60,174 nucleotides of DNA from positions 1 through 60,174 of the forward strand of contig CAZEJO010000008.1 in NCBI GenBank assembly GCA_964512285.1. Reading direction: 5' to 3'. The position numbers and the translations under genes are program-made. The DNA comes from an uncultured Dehalococcoidia bacterium (GTDB taxonomy: Bacteria; Chloroflexota; Dehalococcoidia; SM23-28-2). The notes under the pieces are model-generated. The model did no database searches and was not told the origin of the DNA. It worked only from the letters and a program-made list of their open reading frames with translations. This document shows positions 45,439 to 54,682 of the stretch, piece by piece (position 1 is the first letter of the stretch; every line of letters begins with the position of its first letter).

Positions 45439-46764
45439 ATGATGGAGAGGGCAACTTCTACGCTGGTTCGGGCAGTGCCTTTCTACTACGGCTGGTGGGT
45501 GGCCGTCGCCGCGGCTGGCATCATAATGGTCGCCAGCGCCTCGCCCCTGTACGTTTTCAGCGCCCTGATTGAGCCTCTGGAAGATGAGTTCGGCTGGTCG
45601 CGAGCGGCTATCGGTGCCGGTCCGTCCATCGGCGCGGTCATGTTTGGGTTGAGTACCCCCATAGCCGGCTACCTAGTGGACCGTATCGGTGTGCGCCGCC
45701 TGCTGGTGGTGGGCGTGCTGCTGGTGGGCGGCGGCAACATCTTGATCAGCCAGATTCAGGCCCTCTGGCACTTTTACATCGCCGTGACGCTTATTGGCGT
45801 CGGCATGAGCCTGGCTGGCCTGCCAGTGTGCGCAGTAGCCGTCGCTCACTGGTTTGCGAAAAGGCGTGGGCGCGCTCTGGGCATCGTGAGCGCTGGCGCT
45901 GGGGCAACCGGGATCATGGTGGTGCTGACCCCCTTGCTAGTAGCTCTCTTCGACGGCCGCGCTGGTGTGATGGTGCTGGGCATCATCCAGTTGATCATCT
46001 GCATTCCTCTCGCCTTGACAGTGCGCGACCGGCCGGAGGAGATCGGCCTTCTGCCCGATGGTGAGCCTCTTGCCCCAGGCGAGGCATCGGCCAGCCCCTC
46101 GCCGGAGACGGTGGAGAGGGAAGGTGGGCAAAGCGGCATGGAGCAGCCGCAGGAGCTTACCCTAGGCCAGGCGCTGCGGGCGCGCTCTTTCTGGCTACTG
46201 GCGCCGGCTCTGGTTCTGACCTGGGTGGGCAGCTTGGCGGTCATCGTCCACTTGATACCTTACCTCGATGAATCGGGGGGCTTCACAGAGGAAGGGGCTG
46301 CACTCATCGCGATGGGCATCCCCTTCGGCAGCCTGATAGGGAGGCTGGGCTTTGGCTGGCTGGCCGACTACATGAACAAGCGCTGGCTGCTGACGGCGGC
46401 TTGGATCCTGCAGGGTTCGGGCATCCTTATCTTCGCTGCTGTGCACAGCCCCTGGCAGGCCATCATATTCCTGATTGTGTTCACCCCCGGCTATGGTGGT
46501 GCCATTACCATGTTGCCCGCTCTCCTGTCAGAGTATTTTGGGCTGCGGGCCCTTGGCGGCATCCAGGGGCTGCTTTGGGGCTCAGGTACGCTTGGCGGCT
46601 TTCTTGGGCCGATCTTGGCTGGAGTGGTCTACGATGGGGTGGATAGCTATCGGCCTACCTTTCTCGTAATGGGGCTGGCTGCCTTGACTGCCGTCGTACT
46701 GATCCAGATGATGGGCAGACCGCGAGCCTCGGCGGGGGAGCCGACCGGCGCGCCTGCGGCCTAG
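45439..46764 (+). CDS. MFS transporter (OFA/MCT-like), paralogue 1
   Basis: FYYGWWV, EFGWSRA, GYLVDR.G.R, WF.KRRGRALG, GRLGFGWLAD; 12-TM pattern. Confidence 0.92.
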   Translation: MMERATSTLVRAVPFYYGWWVAVAAAGIIMVASASPLYVFSALIEPLEDEFGWSRAAIGAGPSIGAVMFGLSTPIAGYLVDRIGVRRLLVVGVLLVGGGNILISQIQALWHFYIAVTLIGVGMSLAGLPVCAVAVAHWFAKRRGRALGIVSAGAGATGIMVVLTPLLVALFDGRAGVMVLGIIQLIICIPLALTVRDRPEEIGLLPDGEPLAPGEASASPSPETVEREGGQSGMEQPQELTLGQALRARSFWLLAPALVLTWVGSLAVIVHLIPYLDESGGFTEEGAALIAMGIPFGSLIGRLGFGWLADYMNKRWLLTAAWILQGSGILIFAAVHSPWQAIIFLIVFTPGYGGAITMLPALLSEYFGLRALGGIQGLLWGSGTLGGFLGPILAGVVYDGVDSYRPTFLVMGLAALTAVVLIQMMGRPRASAGEPTGAPAA

Positions 46765-46867
46765 AGACGAGGGCGCACCCTTTTCCGCGCGCCTCCGAGG
46801 AGCGCTGGCTGAACGCGAGCGAGGGTTGGCTGCGAGAGACGGGCCGGCTATCATCTAACTTGTGTTG
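46745..46867 (+). repeat. 123-bp direct repeat (gene end + intergenic + promoter), copy A
   Basis: Matches 48176-48298 with 8 mismatches by manual count. Confidence 0.9.
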
Positions 46868-46872
46868 GGAGC

Positions 46873-48195
46873 ATGAAGCGACCAAGTTCTGTGCTGGCTC
46901 GGGTAGTGCCCTTCTACTACGGCTGGTGGGTGGTCATCGCCGCGGCCACCATCATACTCATCGCCAGCGCCGGGCCGCTATACCTTTTCGGCACCCTGGT
47001 CGATCCCCTGGAGGAGGAGTTTGGCTGGTCGCGCGCTGCTATCGGTGCTGGCCCCTCCATCGCCGCTCTGATGGCGGGGCTGACTGTGCCCGTGGCTGGC
47101 TATCTGGTGGACCGCGTCGGTGTGCGCCCCCTGCTGGTGGCGGGCGTGACGTTGGTGGGCGGCGGCTTCCTGGCCCTTAGCCAGATCCAGACGCTCTGGC
47201 AGTTCTACATCTCCGTAGCGGTTATCGCCATCGGCATGAGCCTGGCCGCGCTGCAGGTGTGCCAGGTAGCCATCGCTCACTGGTTTGTGAAAAGGCGGGG
47301 ACGCGCTCTGGGCATCTTGGGCGCGGGTGAGGGGGCAGCCGGCGTGATGGTGCTGCTGACGGCCTTGCTCATAGCTCTCTTCGAATGGCGCGCTGGCCTA
47401 ATGATCGTGGGCGTCGGCCAGTTGGCTATCTGCATGACTCTGGCTCTGACGGTGCGCCAGCGGCCGGAGGAGATGGGCCTCCTGCCGGATGGTGAGCCTT
47501 CCGGCCTGAGCCAGGCGTCGGGGAGCCCGCCGCCGGAGGCCGTGAACGGCCAAGCTGGGAGCAGTAGCATAGGGCCGGAGGAAGGGCTAACCATAGGCCA
47601 GGCGCTGCGGACACGCTCCTTCTGGCTGCTGACGTCGGCGCTGATTCTGGGCTGGATAGGTGCCTTGGCGATCATCGTCCATGTGATAGCTTACCTTGAC
47701 GAATCGGGCGGCTTCACCGAGGAAGGGGCTGCGCTCATCGCGATGGGCATCCCCTTCGGCAGCCTAGTGGGGAGAGTCGGCTTTGGCTGGCTGGCTGACT
47801 ACCTGAACAAGCGGTCGCTGCTGGCGACGGCCTGGACCCTGCAAGGCCTGGGCATCCTCATCTTCGCTGCCGTTCATAGTCCCTGGCAGGCCGTTGTGTT
47901 CCTGGTGGTGTTCGCCCCGGCCTTCGGTGGTGCCATTACCGTACTGCCCACTCTGCAGGCGGAGTATTTCGGCTTGCGCGCCTTTGGCACCATTCAGGGG
48001 CTTATGTGGGGCATGGCCACCTTGGCGCCGCTTGTTGGTCCGATCTTCGCCGGGGCGGTCTACGACATGGTGGATACCTATCGGCCCGCCTTCTTGATCA
48101 TGGGGCTGAGCGCTCTGGCGGCCGCCCCCGCTGTGCTGATGACACGAAGGCCGACCGCCTGGGCGGGGAAGCCGGCCGGCGCGCCTGCGGCCTAG
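46873..48195 (+). CDS. MFS transporter, paralogue 2
   Basis: Same motifs as paralogue 1; shares YLDESGGFTEEGAALIAMGIPFGSL. Confidence 0.92.
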   Translation: MKRPSSVLARVVPFYYGWWVVIAAATIILIASAGPLYLFGTLVDPLEEEFGWSRAAIGAGPSIAALMAGLTVPVAGYLVDRVGVRPLLVAGVTLVGGGFLALSQIQTLWQFYISVAVIAIGMSLAALQVCQVAIAHWFVKRRGRALGILGAGEGAAGVMVLLTALLIALFEWRAGLMIVGVGQLAICMTLALTVRQRPEEMGLLPDGEPSGLSQASGSPPPEAVNGQAGSSSIGPEEGLTIGQALRTRSFWLLTSALILGWIGALAIIVHVIAYLDESGGFTEEGAALIAMGIPFGSLVGRVGFGWLADYLNKRSLLATAWTLQGLGILIFAAVHSPWQAVVFLVVFAPAFGGAITVLPTLQAEYFGLRAFGTIQGLMWGMATLAPLVGPIFAGAVYDMVDTYRPAFLIMGLSALAAAPAVLMTRRPTAWAGKPAGAPAA

Positions 48196-48298
48196 AGACG
48201 AGGGCGCACCCTTCTCCGCGCGCCTCGGGAGAGCGCTGGCTGGATGCGGGCGAGGGTTGGCTGCGAGAGACGGGGCGGCTATCATCTAACTTGTGTTG
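48176..48298 (+). repeat. 123-bp direct repeat, copy B
   Basis: See 46745-46867. Confidence 0.9.
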
Positions 48299-48342
48299 AG
48301 AGCTGGCGGACGCCGGCTCTCTGGCCAAGTTAAGGAGCGGCC

Positions 48343-49623
48343 TTGTTCTACGGATGGTGGGTGGTCTTCGGCTCCGCCGGTATCATCTTTCTGACCGGCG
48401 GCACCTTCTTCTACGGCTTTGGAATGCTGATCACGCCCATGACCGAGGAGTTCGGCTGGTCGCGGGCCTCGATTGCCGGCGCCTTCTCGCTCAGGACAGA
48501 GCTTGGGGGAGTGTGGGCTCCTGTCGTTGGCTATCTGGTCGATCGGGTGGGACCCCGGCGCCTGCTGCTGACGGGGGTGTTCCTAGTCGGGACGGGTTTC
48601 ATTCTCCTCAGCCGCATCCAGGCGGTGTGGCAATTGTACGCCGTTGCGGCGCTGATCGCCATCGGCATAGGCGCTACCGCCGGCCCCGTAGCGATGGCAG
48701 CGGTCGCTTACTGGTTCCACAAGAAGCGGGGCCGGGCTTTGGCGTTGATGACGGTCGGCGGTGGCAGCAGCGGCGTGATGGTGGTAGTGCTGGCCGCGCT
48801 GATAGCTGCCTTCGATTGGCGCACGGCTCTGATCATCACGGGTTTCACCCAGTGGGTTGTCTGCATCCCGCTGGCCCTGATCGTGCGTAACCGGCCTCAG
48901 GACCTGGGCCTTCTGCCGGATGGCGAGCCTGTCCTCCCGGTTGGGCAACAAGCGGCCGCTGATGAACGTCAGGCCGCCTCGGCGGACGAGGTGGCCGCCT
49001 GTCAGGATGAGGGCCTCACCATGGGCCAGGCGCTAGGCAACCGCTCCTTCTGGTTGGTGGCCTCTGGCATGGGCCTGATCGGCTTGGGCAGCGTGGCCGT
49101 CATTGCCCATCAGGTCGCATTCCTGGAAGAAGAAATGGACTTTCCACCGCTGGTGGCCTCGCTGGCGCAGATGGCCGTGCCGATAGTGAGCCTGGCGGGC
49201 CGACTGGGCTTCGGCTGGCTGGCCGACTATGTGGACAAGCGAAAGGTGCTGGCCATAGCTTACCTTTTCATTGCTGTGGGCATCGTTCTGATGGCCACGG
49301 TTCAGAGTGCTTGGCAGGTTCCTCTGTACCTAATGATCTTCGCTCCGGGCTGGGGTGGCTCTATCTCCGTACGGCCAGCTCTTCAGGCGGAGTACTTTGG
49401 CCTGCGAGCCTTTGGCGGCATCCAGGGCCTGATGTACTTCGTAGCCGGTGTGGGTAGCTTCACTGGTCCCATCTTCGCTGGGGTGATCTACGACGTAACG
49501 GATAGCTATCGGCTCGCCTTCCTGATAGTGGGGCTGGTTGTGCTGGTGGCTGTCCCTGCTGTGCTGGCGGCGGGAAGGCCACGAACGGAAGCGGCGACGG
49601 TGTCGGTCGGCCGCGAGGGCTAG
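48343..49623 (+). CDS. MFS transporter, paralogue 3 (more diverged)
   Basis: FYGWWV, EFGWSRA, GYLVDRVGPR, EYFGLRAFGGIQG; TTG start after AAGGAG. Confidence 0.9.
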   Translation: MFYGWWVVFGSAGIIFLTGGTFFYGFGMLITPMTEEFGWSRASIAGAFSLRTELGGVWAPVVGYLVDRVGPRRLLLTGVFLVGTGFILLSRIQAVWQLYAVAALIAIGIGATAGPVAMAAVAYWFHKKRGRALALMTVGGGSSGVMVVVLAALIAAFDWRTALIITGFTQWVVCIPLALIVRNRPQDLGLLPDGEPVLPVGQQAAADERQAASADEVAACQDEGLTMGQALGNRSFWLVASGMGLIGLGSVAVIAHQVAFLEEEMDFPPLVASLAQMAVPIVSLAGRLGFGWLADYVDKRKVLAIAYLFIAVGIVLMATVQSAWQVPLYLMIFAPGWGGSISVRPALQAEYFGLRAFGGIQGLMYFVAGVGSFTGPIFAGVIYDVTDSYRLAFLIVGLVVLVAVPAVLAAGRPRTEAATVSVGREG

Positions 49624-49633
49624 GAATCGCTGC

Positions 49634-50188
49634 TCAGGTCTTCGTGAGGGCGACGTGCTGAGCGCAGAGAGGGCATTCGGCGGGGTCGTAGCTGGGCAGC
49701 TCGAGCGTCAGGCAGGCGAAGAAGGGCACGCCGAAGTCTGAGCGACCGGCGGTGCGATCTACCAGGACTGCCACCCCGATGGGCTCGCCTCCCTCGGCTC
49801 GTACCGCATCCAGAACGTCGCGGATGCTGCCGCCGGTGGTAAGAACATCGTCCACCACCAGCGTGCGCTCGCCTGGGGCCACCCGAAAGCCGCGGCCGAA
49901 GCGTCGTCCCTCCTCCACCTTCTCGGCGAAGATGCCCCTAACGCCCAACTGGCGGGCTACCTCGTAGCCGAGGATGATCCCGCCGGTGGTCGGCGCCGCC
50001 ACCAGTTGTACTCCCTGGGGGCGAAAGTGGTCGGCCATGAGACGACAGAGCCTTTCAGTGTGGGACGGTTGCTCCAAGAGGCGAAACTTCTCTACATACA
50101 TGGGGGAGTGGCGGCCGGAGGTCAGCAGGAAATGGCCATCGAGGATGGCCCCCACCTGCCGAAGCAGGGCCTCGATCTCATTCGCCAT
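49634..50188 (-). CDS. pyrE: Orotate phosphoribosyltransferase
   Basis: GHFLLTSGRHS..Y, PRPP motif VVDDVLTTGGS, CPLC tail. Confidence 0.93.
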   Translation of the reverse strand: MANEIEALLRQVGAILDGHFLLTSGRHSPMYVEKFRLLEQPSHTERLCRLMADHFRPQGVQLVAAPTTGGIILGYEVARQLGVRGIFAEKVEEGRRFGRGFRVAPGERTLVVDDVLTTGGSIRDVLDAVRAEGGEPIGVAVLVDRTAGRSDFGVPFFACLTLELPSYDPAECPLCAQHVALTKT

Positions 50189-50909
50189 CTTGGTCCCCTG
50201 AGTCCTCGTTGGCGAAGGAGAGGGAGTGGTTGGGAGCCATGCCCACGTCCGAGAGAGGCCAGTAGGAGAACCAGGTCTTGCCGATGATGCTCGATTCTTC
50301 GATGGGCCCGAACTGGCGCGAGTCGCTGCTGTTGTTGCGGTGGTCGCCCAGGACGAAGTAGTGACCCTCCTCGATGTACCAGGGGCCGCAGGGGCAGTTG
50401 GTGGCGCCTTGGGTATATGACTCGTTTATGGGTTCATCGTTAATGTAGACTACTCCACTGCGGATCTCCACTTTATCCCCGGGCACGCCGATGATCCGTT
50501 TGATGAAGTCGCGGTCTGGGTACTTGGGCGCCTCGAAGACCACCACATCACCCCGCTCGGGGCTACCGAACAGATGGTGGGTGGAGTTCTCGCCGGCGTC
50601 ATAGAAGGGGAGGAAGTCGAAGAGACCCATGTCGAACTGGGCGTAGGCCAGCTTGTTGACGATGATGTACTGGCCGTTGTCCAGGCTGGGGAGCATGCTG
50701 CGCCCTTCCACCTTGAAGTTCTGGACGGTGGCGCGGACGGCCAGGAAGATAAGCAGGGCCAGAAGGAGCGTCTCTACCACCTCCCGAAAGATGGTGAGGT
50801 AGCGCCGCCGTCGGTGCGGAGGAGGCGCCATCACCGGGGGCGGGGAAGGCGGTTCAAATAGCCGTTCTGGCGTCAGCCCTGGCTCTATCTGTCGAGGTTC
50901 CCACTGCAT
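50178..50909 (-). CDS. lepB: Signal peptidase I
   Basis: SMLPSL, RGDVVVF, FIKRIIG.PGD, FVLGD.RNNSSDSR. Confidence 0.93.
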   Translation of the reverse strand: MQWEPRQIEPGLTPERLFEPPSPPPVMAPPPHRRRRYLTIFREVVETLLLALLIFLAVRATVQNFKVEGRSMLPSLDNGQYIIVNKLAYAQFDMGLFDFLPFYDAGENSTHHLFGSPERGDVVVFEAPKYPDRDFIKRIIGVPGDKVEIRSGVVYINDEPINESYTQGATNCPCGPWYIEEGHYFVLGDHRNNSSDSRQFGPIEESSIIGKTWFSYWPLSDVGMAPNHSLSFANEDSGDQDGE

Positions 50910-51074
50910 GGCTACACTATGGAGAGTCCGAATGAATGCTCTCCCTTAGGATCCTAGTATACCAAATACAGATAACGCTGGCACGCGCTCAGAAGTTTCG
51001 CCGCACTCTTTCGTCCCTCTGCTAGAATAGCTCTGGGCCTGCTCAGAGGAGCGAAGCCCCGCTGAGGGAGGTCG

Positions 51075-51665
51075 ATGGTTATCGCCGACGAAGAACAGCT
51101 CGTCCAGAGCAGCCGGAAGGGGGACCTGGACGCTTTCAACGCTCTGGTGCAGGCCTACCAGCGCCAGGTCTATAACCTCTGTCTGCGGATGCTGGGCGCA
51201 GCGGCGGCTGAGGATGCGGCTCAGGAGGCTTTCACCACTGCCTACCGTCGCCTTGACAGCTTTCGAGGCGGCAACTTTCGGGCCTGGCTCCTGCGCATCG
51301 CCTCCAACATCTGTTGCGATGAACTGCGCCGCCACCGCAGCCGGCCGACAGCATCACTGGACGCGGCGCTGGAAGCGGGCTCGCCGGCGGATGTCCCCTC
51401 CCATCAGGCCGGACCGGAGGAAGAGACCCTGCGCAGCGAGTTGGGCCAGCATCTGCAGCAGGGGCTGGCCACCCTGCCGGCGGAGCAGCGGCTGGTGATC
51501 ATTCTCCGCGATATCCACGGCCTGAGCTACGAGGAACTGACAGAGACCCTGCACTGCTCCCTGGGGACGGTGAAGTCGCGCATCGCCCGTGGCCGCGCCA
51601 GGATGCGCGAGTACTTGATGGCGCGACGGGAACTTCTGCCTCGTCGGTTCCGTCATAAAGAGTGA
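51075..51665 (+). CDS. ECF RNA polymerase sigma factor
   Basis: GD.DAF, AEDAAQEAF, FRAWLLRIA.N, GLSYEE, GTVKSRIARGR. Confidence 0.94.
   Translation: MVIADEEQLVQSSRKGDLDAFNALVQAYQRQVYNLCLRMLGAAAAEDAAQEAFTTAYRRLDSFRGGNFRAWLLRIASNICCDELRRHRSRPTASLDAALEAGSPADVPSHQAGPEEETLRSELGQHLQQGLATLPAEQRLVIILRDIHGLSYEELTETLHCSLGTVKSRIARGRARMREYLMARRELLPRRFRHKE
51629..51656 (+). promoter_or_regulatory. Putative ECF-dependent promoter inside the 3' end of the sigma gene
   Basis: GGAACT-N16-CGTCAT, 15 nt upstream of the anti-sigma start. Confidence 0.6.
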
Positions 51666-51671
51666 GGACTA

Positions 51672-52610
51672 GTGATGCTGGGAGTATTGGGACAATTTCG
51701 CCACCGCCGCTTTCGGCGCGACCTTTCTGCCTATGTGGACGACATGCTTTCCGAGAGGGCGCGCCGTCGCCTGGAGGCCCATCTCGATTCTTGCGAGGCC
51801 TGTCGTCAGGAGCTGGCAGAGCTGCGGGCTACCGTCGAGGCTCTGGGCAGCCTGCCCATGGCCGAGGCGCCCCGCTCGTTCACTCTGGCGGCCGCTCCCA
51901 TCGCGGAGGCACGCCCGCGGCCAGCGGCCAGGCGGCTGGAGTTCGGCCTGCGTCTGGCCACGGCGACCGCCGCCTTCGCCCTGACCGTGGTGCTGATCGG
52001 CGACTTCGCCGGCCTTCCCGGCGGAGGTGATGAGGAGGAGGAGTGGGTGCGGGGGGAACTCTACTCTGCAACGCAGGGGACGCCACCAGCGCCAGAAGCG
52101 GCGTCTGCGGGGACGCCGGAGCCCTATGGCGTCACGGAGATGCCTAATATCTCAGACGTTCCTGATATCTTGGAAGCTCCTGGCATCTCAGACGTGCAGC
52201 GGGAGGAGTCAGCGGCCGACGAGACGCCAGCGGCCGATCAGACGGCAGCACCGCCGGAAGGGACACCCATCGAGACGCCAGCAGCTCCCTTGCCTGGTGT
52301 CACAGAGCCTCGTGGAGAGGAGCCGACAGTCGGCGCGGTCGTCTCAGAGGAAGAACCCTCAGAGAAGGCAACGCTCGAGGGGGCGGAGGTCGAAGAGGAA
52401 GTTGGGGCTGGCGCGGTGGGGGCAGAGGTGGAGGATGAAGCTGAGGCTGGCGCCGTGGAGAACCAAGCTGTCGGCGAGGAGGATGGCGGTGGCCTCTCGC
52501 GGGAGGAGGTCGTGCGCTGGCTGGAGATCGGCCTGGGCGCCGGCGTAGGCGTTCTTGTGATTGTTTGGGCTCTTGCCCGTTTTCAGAGAAGCATGGGAAA
52601 CCGACCGTAG
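51672..52610 (+). CDS. Zinc-finger (ZAS) transmembrane anti-sigma factor
   Basis: LSAYVD, HLDSCEAC (HxxxCxxC), PRSFTL, TM, acidic disordered region, second TM. Confidence 0.88.
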   Translation: MMLGVLGQFRHRRFRRDLSAYVDDMLSERARRRLEAHLDSCEACRQELAELRATVEALGSLPMAEAPRSFTLAAAPIAEARPRPAARRLEFGLRLATATAAFALTVVLIGDFAGLPGGGDEEEEWVRGELYSATQGTPPAPEAASAGTPEPYGVTEMPNISDVPDILEAPGISDVQREESAADETPAADQTAAPPEGTPIETPAAPLPGVTEPRGEEPTVGAVVSEEEPSEKATLEGAEVEEEVGAGAVGAEVEDEAEAGAVENQAVGEEDGGGLSREEVVRWLEIGLGAGVGVLVIVWALARFQRSMGNRP

Positions 52611-52629
52611 CACAGAGGAGGCGATCATC

Positions 52630-53436
52630 ATGAAGAAAGGGATAGGGGTTCTGCTGATAGCGGGGGCGCTTTTGGCCCTTGTTCTGCTGGCTGCCTGTGG
52701 TTCAGACTCATCGGCCTCGCCGCAGGAGTCGGCGCCTGCGACTTCGTCGGAGCCGTTGTCGTCGGCACATTCGCTGACGTCCGCTAGCCAGGCCAGTAAC
52801 TCGGAGGCGCAGGGGTTAAGCGTGAGCGGCGAGGGGCGGGCCTCGGCCGCGCCCGATGTGGCCGTGCTGGGCCTGGGCGTCTCGGTCAAGGCGGCCTCGG
52901 TCGGGGAGGCCAACAGCCAGACCCAGGACGCCATGAGCGACCTGCTGGACTCGCTGGAGGACAACGGCGTCCAGGAGAAAGACATCCAGACCAGCCAGTT
53001 CAGCGTCTACCCGGAGTACGACTACCGCAACAACGAGCAGATCCTGACCGGCTATCGGGTTACGCACATGCTCCAGGTGAAGGTGCGGGACATCGACAAG
53101 GCGGGCGAGGTCATCGACGATGCCGTGGAGGCGGGCGGCGACCTGCTCCAAGTGCAAAGCATCTCCTTCACCATCGACGACACGACGGCCCTGCGCAGTG
53201 AGGCCCGCGCGGAAGCGGTGGCCGACGCCCAGAGCAAGGCCGAGGAACTGGCCACTCTGGCCGGAGTGAGTCTGGGCAAGCCTATCTACATCAGCGAATC
53301 CATCTCCACGCCCTACTCGCAGCCCTACTACGACCGCGGGGGCGTGTATGCGATGGAGGCAGAGGCAGTTACCGAGATCAGTACCGGCGAGCTGGAGGTA
53401 GTGGTCAGCGTCTACATGACCTACACAATCGAGTAG
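52630..53436 (+). CDS. SIMPL/DUF541 lipoprotein
   Basis: Lipobox LAAC; SVSGEG..APDVA; DIQT..FSVYPEY; A..KAEELA..AGV.LG. Confidence 0.9.
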   Translation: MKKGIGVLLIAGALLALVLLAACGSDSSASPQESAPATSSEPLSSAHSLTSASQASNSEAQGLSVSGEGRASAAPDVAVLGLGVSVKAASVGEANSQTQDAMSDLLDSLEDNGVQEKDIQTSQFSVYPEYDYRNNEQILTGYRVTHMLQVKVRDIDKAGEVIDDAVEAGGDLLQVQSISFTIDDTTALRSEARAEAVADAQSKAEELATLAGVSLGKPIYISESISTPYSQPYYDRGGVYAMEAEAVTEISTGELEVVVSVYMTYTIE

Positions 53437-53458
53437 CTATTCTGAAGGGAGACGGTCA

Positions 53459-54451
53459 ATGAAGACAAGGCTCACACTCGTACCCTTGGCGTTAGTAGCA
53501 ATGGGACTGGTCGCCTTGGCTGTGGCCTGTGGCGACGGAGGTCCCAAGGTGACTGTCGAGAAGGGTCTGGCGGCGGCCGCGGAACAACACGTAGAAGGCG
53601 AGGCTGCCTCGGAGAGCGCGTCGCTGGCCCTGCAGTGGTCGGGAATGGGCGCTCCGGCAGCCGTGCCCGGTGCTCTGGGCACTAGAGCCGGCATGTCGGA
53701 GTCGTATGGTCTTGGAGGGGCCTTGGCTCCCTCTGCCCAGGGTGTCGCCGCTGGTCTAACCGTCCAGGGCTACGGACGCGCTACCGCCTCCGCTGACTCT
53801 GCCCGCGTGCAGTTCGTAGTCACGCAAGGCTACGGCTACTACGCCGAGCCCGTGCCGGACGAACTCTGGCCCGTACCCGAGGGGGAGGTGCCGCGCGAGA
53901 TCGCTCCGGTCTCACCGCCGCCCATCACTGAGGCTGACCTAGAACCGCTGGTCGATGCCATCAAGGCTCAGGGCGTGTCGGACGCCGACATCGAGGTCGT
54001 CATCTACCCAACAGGTGGCTACTACTACGACCCCTACGGTGGGCAGAGCGCTCGTGTGACGGTGACCCTGAGCGACATGGAGAAGGTCGGGCCGGTAGTG
54101 GACGCTGGTACGCAGGTCGTCAACGAGAGCGGCACCCTCTACCTCCAGAACGTGGGCGTTCTGTACAGCGTGGATGACTGCTCCGCTCTCCTGCGCGAGG
54201 CCCGCCGGGCGGCGGTGGAGGACGGCCGCGAGAACGCTGAGGGGCTGGCCGATGCGCTGGAGGTCTCCGTCGGCGATATCCTGGCCGCCTCCGAGTACGT
54301 CTACAGCCCGCTCGGGCTCTCGCCCTGCGACCCGGCCTTCGATACCTACTACCCCCAACTCTACGATTATGAGGGCATGGCCTACGATCCGGCGATGCCG
54401 GCGGAGGTGCAGATCGTCTCCAACGTGGGCCTGACCTACGCCATCGAATAG
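53459..54451 (+). CDS. SIMPL/DUF541 lipoprotein (diverged paralogue)
   Basis: Lipobox AVAC; TVQGYG.A.A.AD; AR.AAVED...AE.LA.AL.V.VG. Confidence 0.8.
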   Translation: MKTRLTLVPLALVAMGLVALAVACGDGGPKVTVEKGLAAAAEQHVEGEAASESASLALQWSGMGAPAAVPGALGTRAGMSESYGLGGALAPSAQGVAAGLTVQGYGRATASADSARVQFVVTQGYGYYAEPVPDELWPVPEGEVPREIAPVSPPPITEADLEPLVDAIKAQGVSDADIEVVIYPTGGYYYDPYGGQSARVTVTLSDMEKVGPVVDAGTQVVNESGTLYLQNVGVLYSVDDCSALLREARRAAVEDGRENAEGLADALEVSVGDILAASEYVYSPLGLSPCDPAFDTYYPQLYDYEGMAYDPAMPAEVQIVSNVGLTYAIE

Positions 54452-54461
54452 CGTCTACCTT

Positions 54462-54512
54462 GGCGACCGGGGAGGGCGGACGGATCGGCTCCGTCCGTTC
54501 TCTCCGGTTGCC
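54462..54512 (+). terminator. Long hairpin after the SIMPL genes
   Basis: ggcgaccggggagggcggacgga / tccgtccgttctctccggttgcc. Confidence 0.6.
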
Positions 54513-54536
54513 CTGTCTCCTAGCGAATGCTAGAAT
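54508..54536 (+). promoter_or_regulatory. Sigma70 promoter of the rib operon
   Basis: TTGCCC-N17-TAGAAT with extended TG. Confidence 0.65.
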
Positions 54537-54682
54537 GACGTCACCGAAGGCAGAGGTGGCTGGCCAGCGGTGGTTTTCAGCGTTTGCTCCATCCGTGAGA
54601 AGGTAGGCCAGGGGCGTCTGGTAACTGATCCCCTGGCAAACGGCCGCAATCAAGACCCCCCGAGAAGAACGGACTGATCTCC

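Noticed and set aside
54540-54682. FMN (RFN) riboswitch
   Set aside because: Conserved RFN sequence blocks are absent; kept only as an unknown structured leader.
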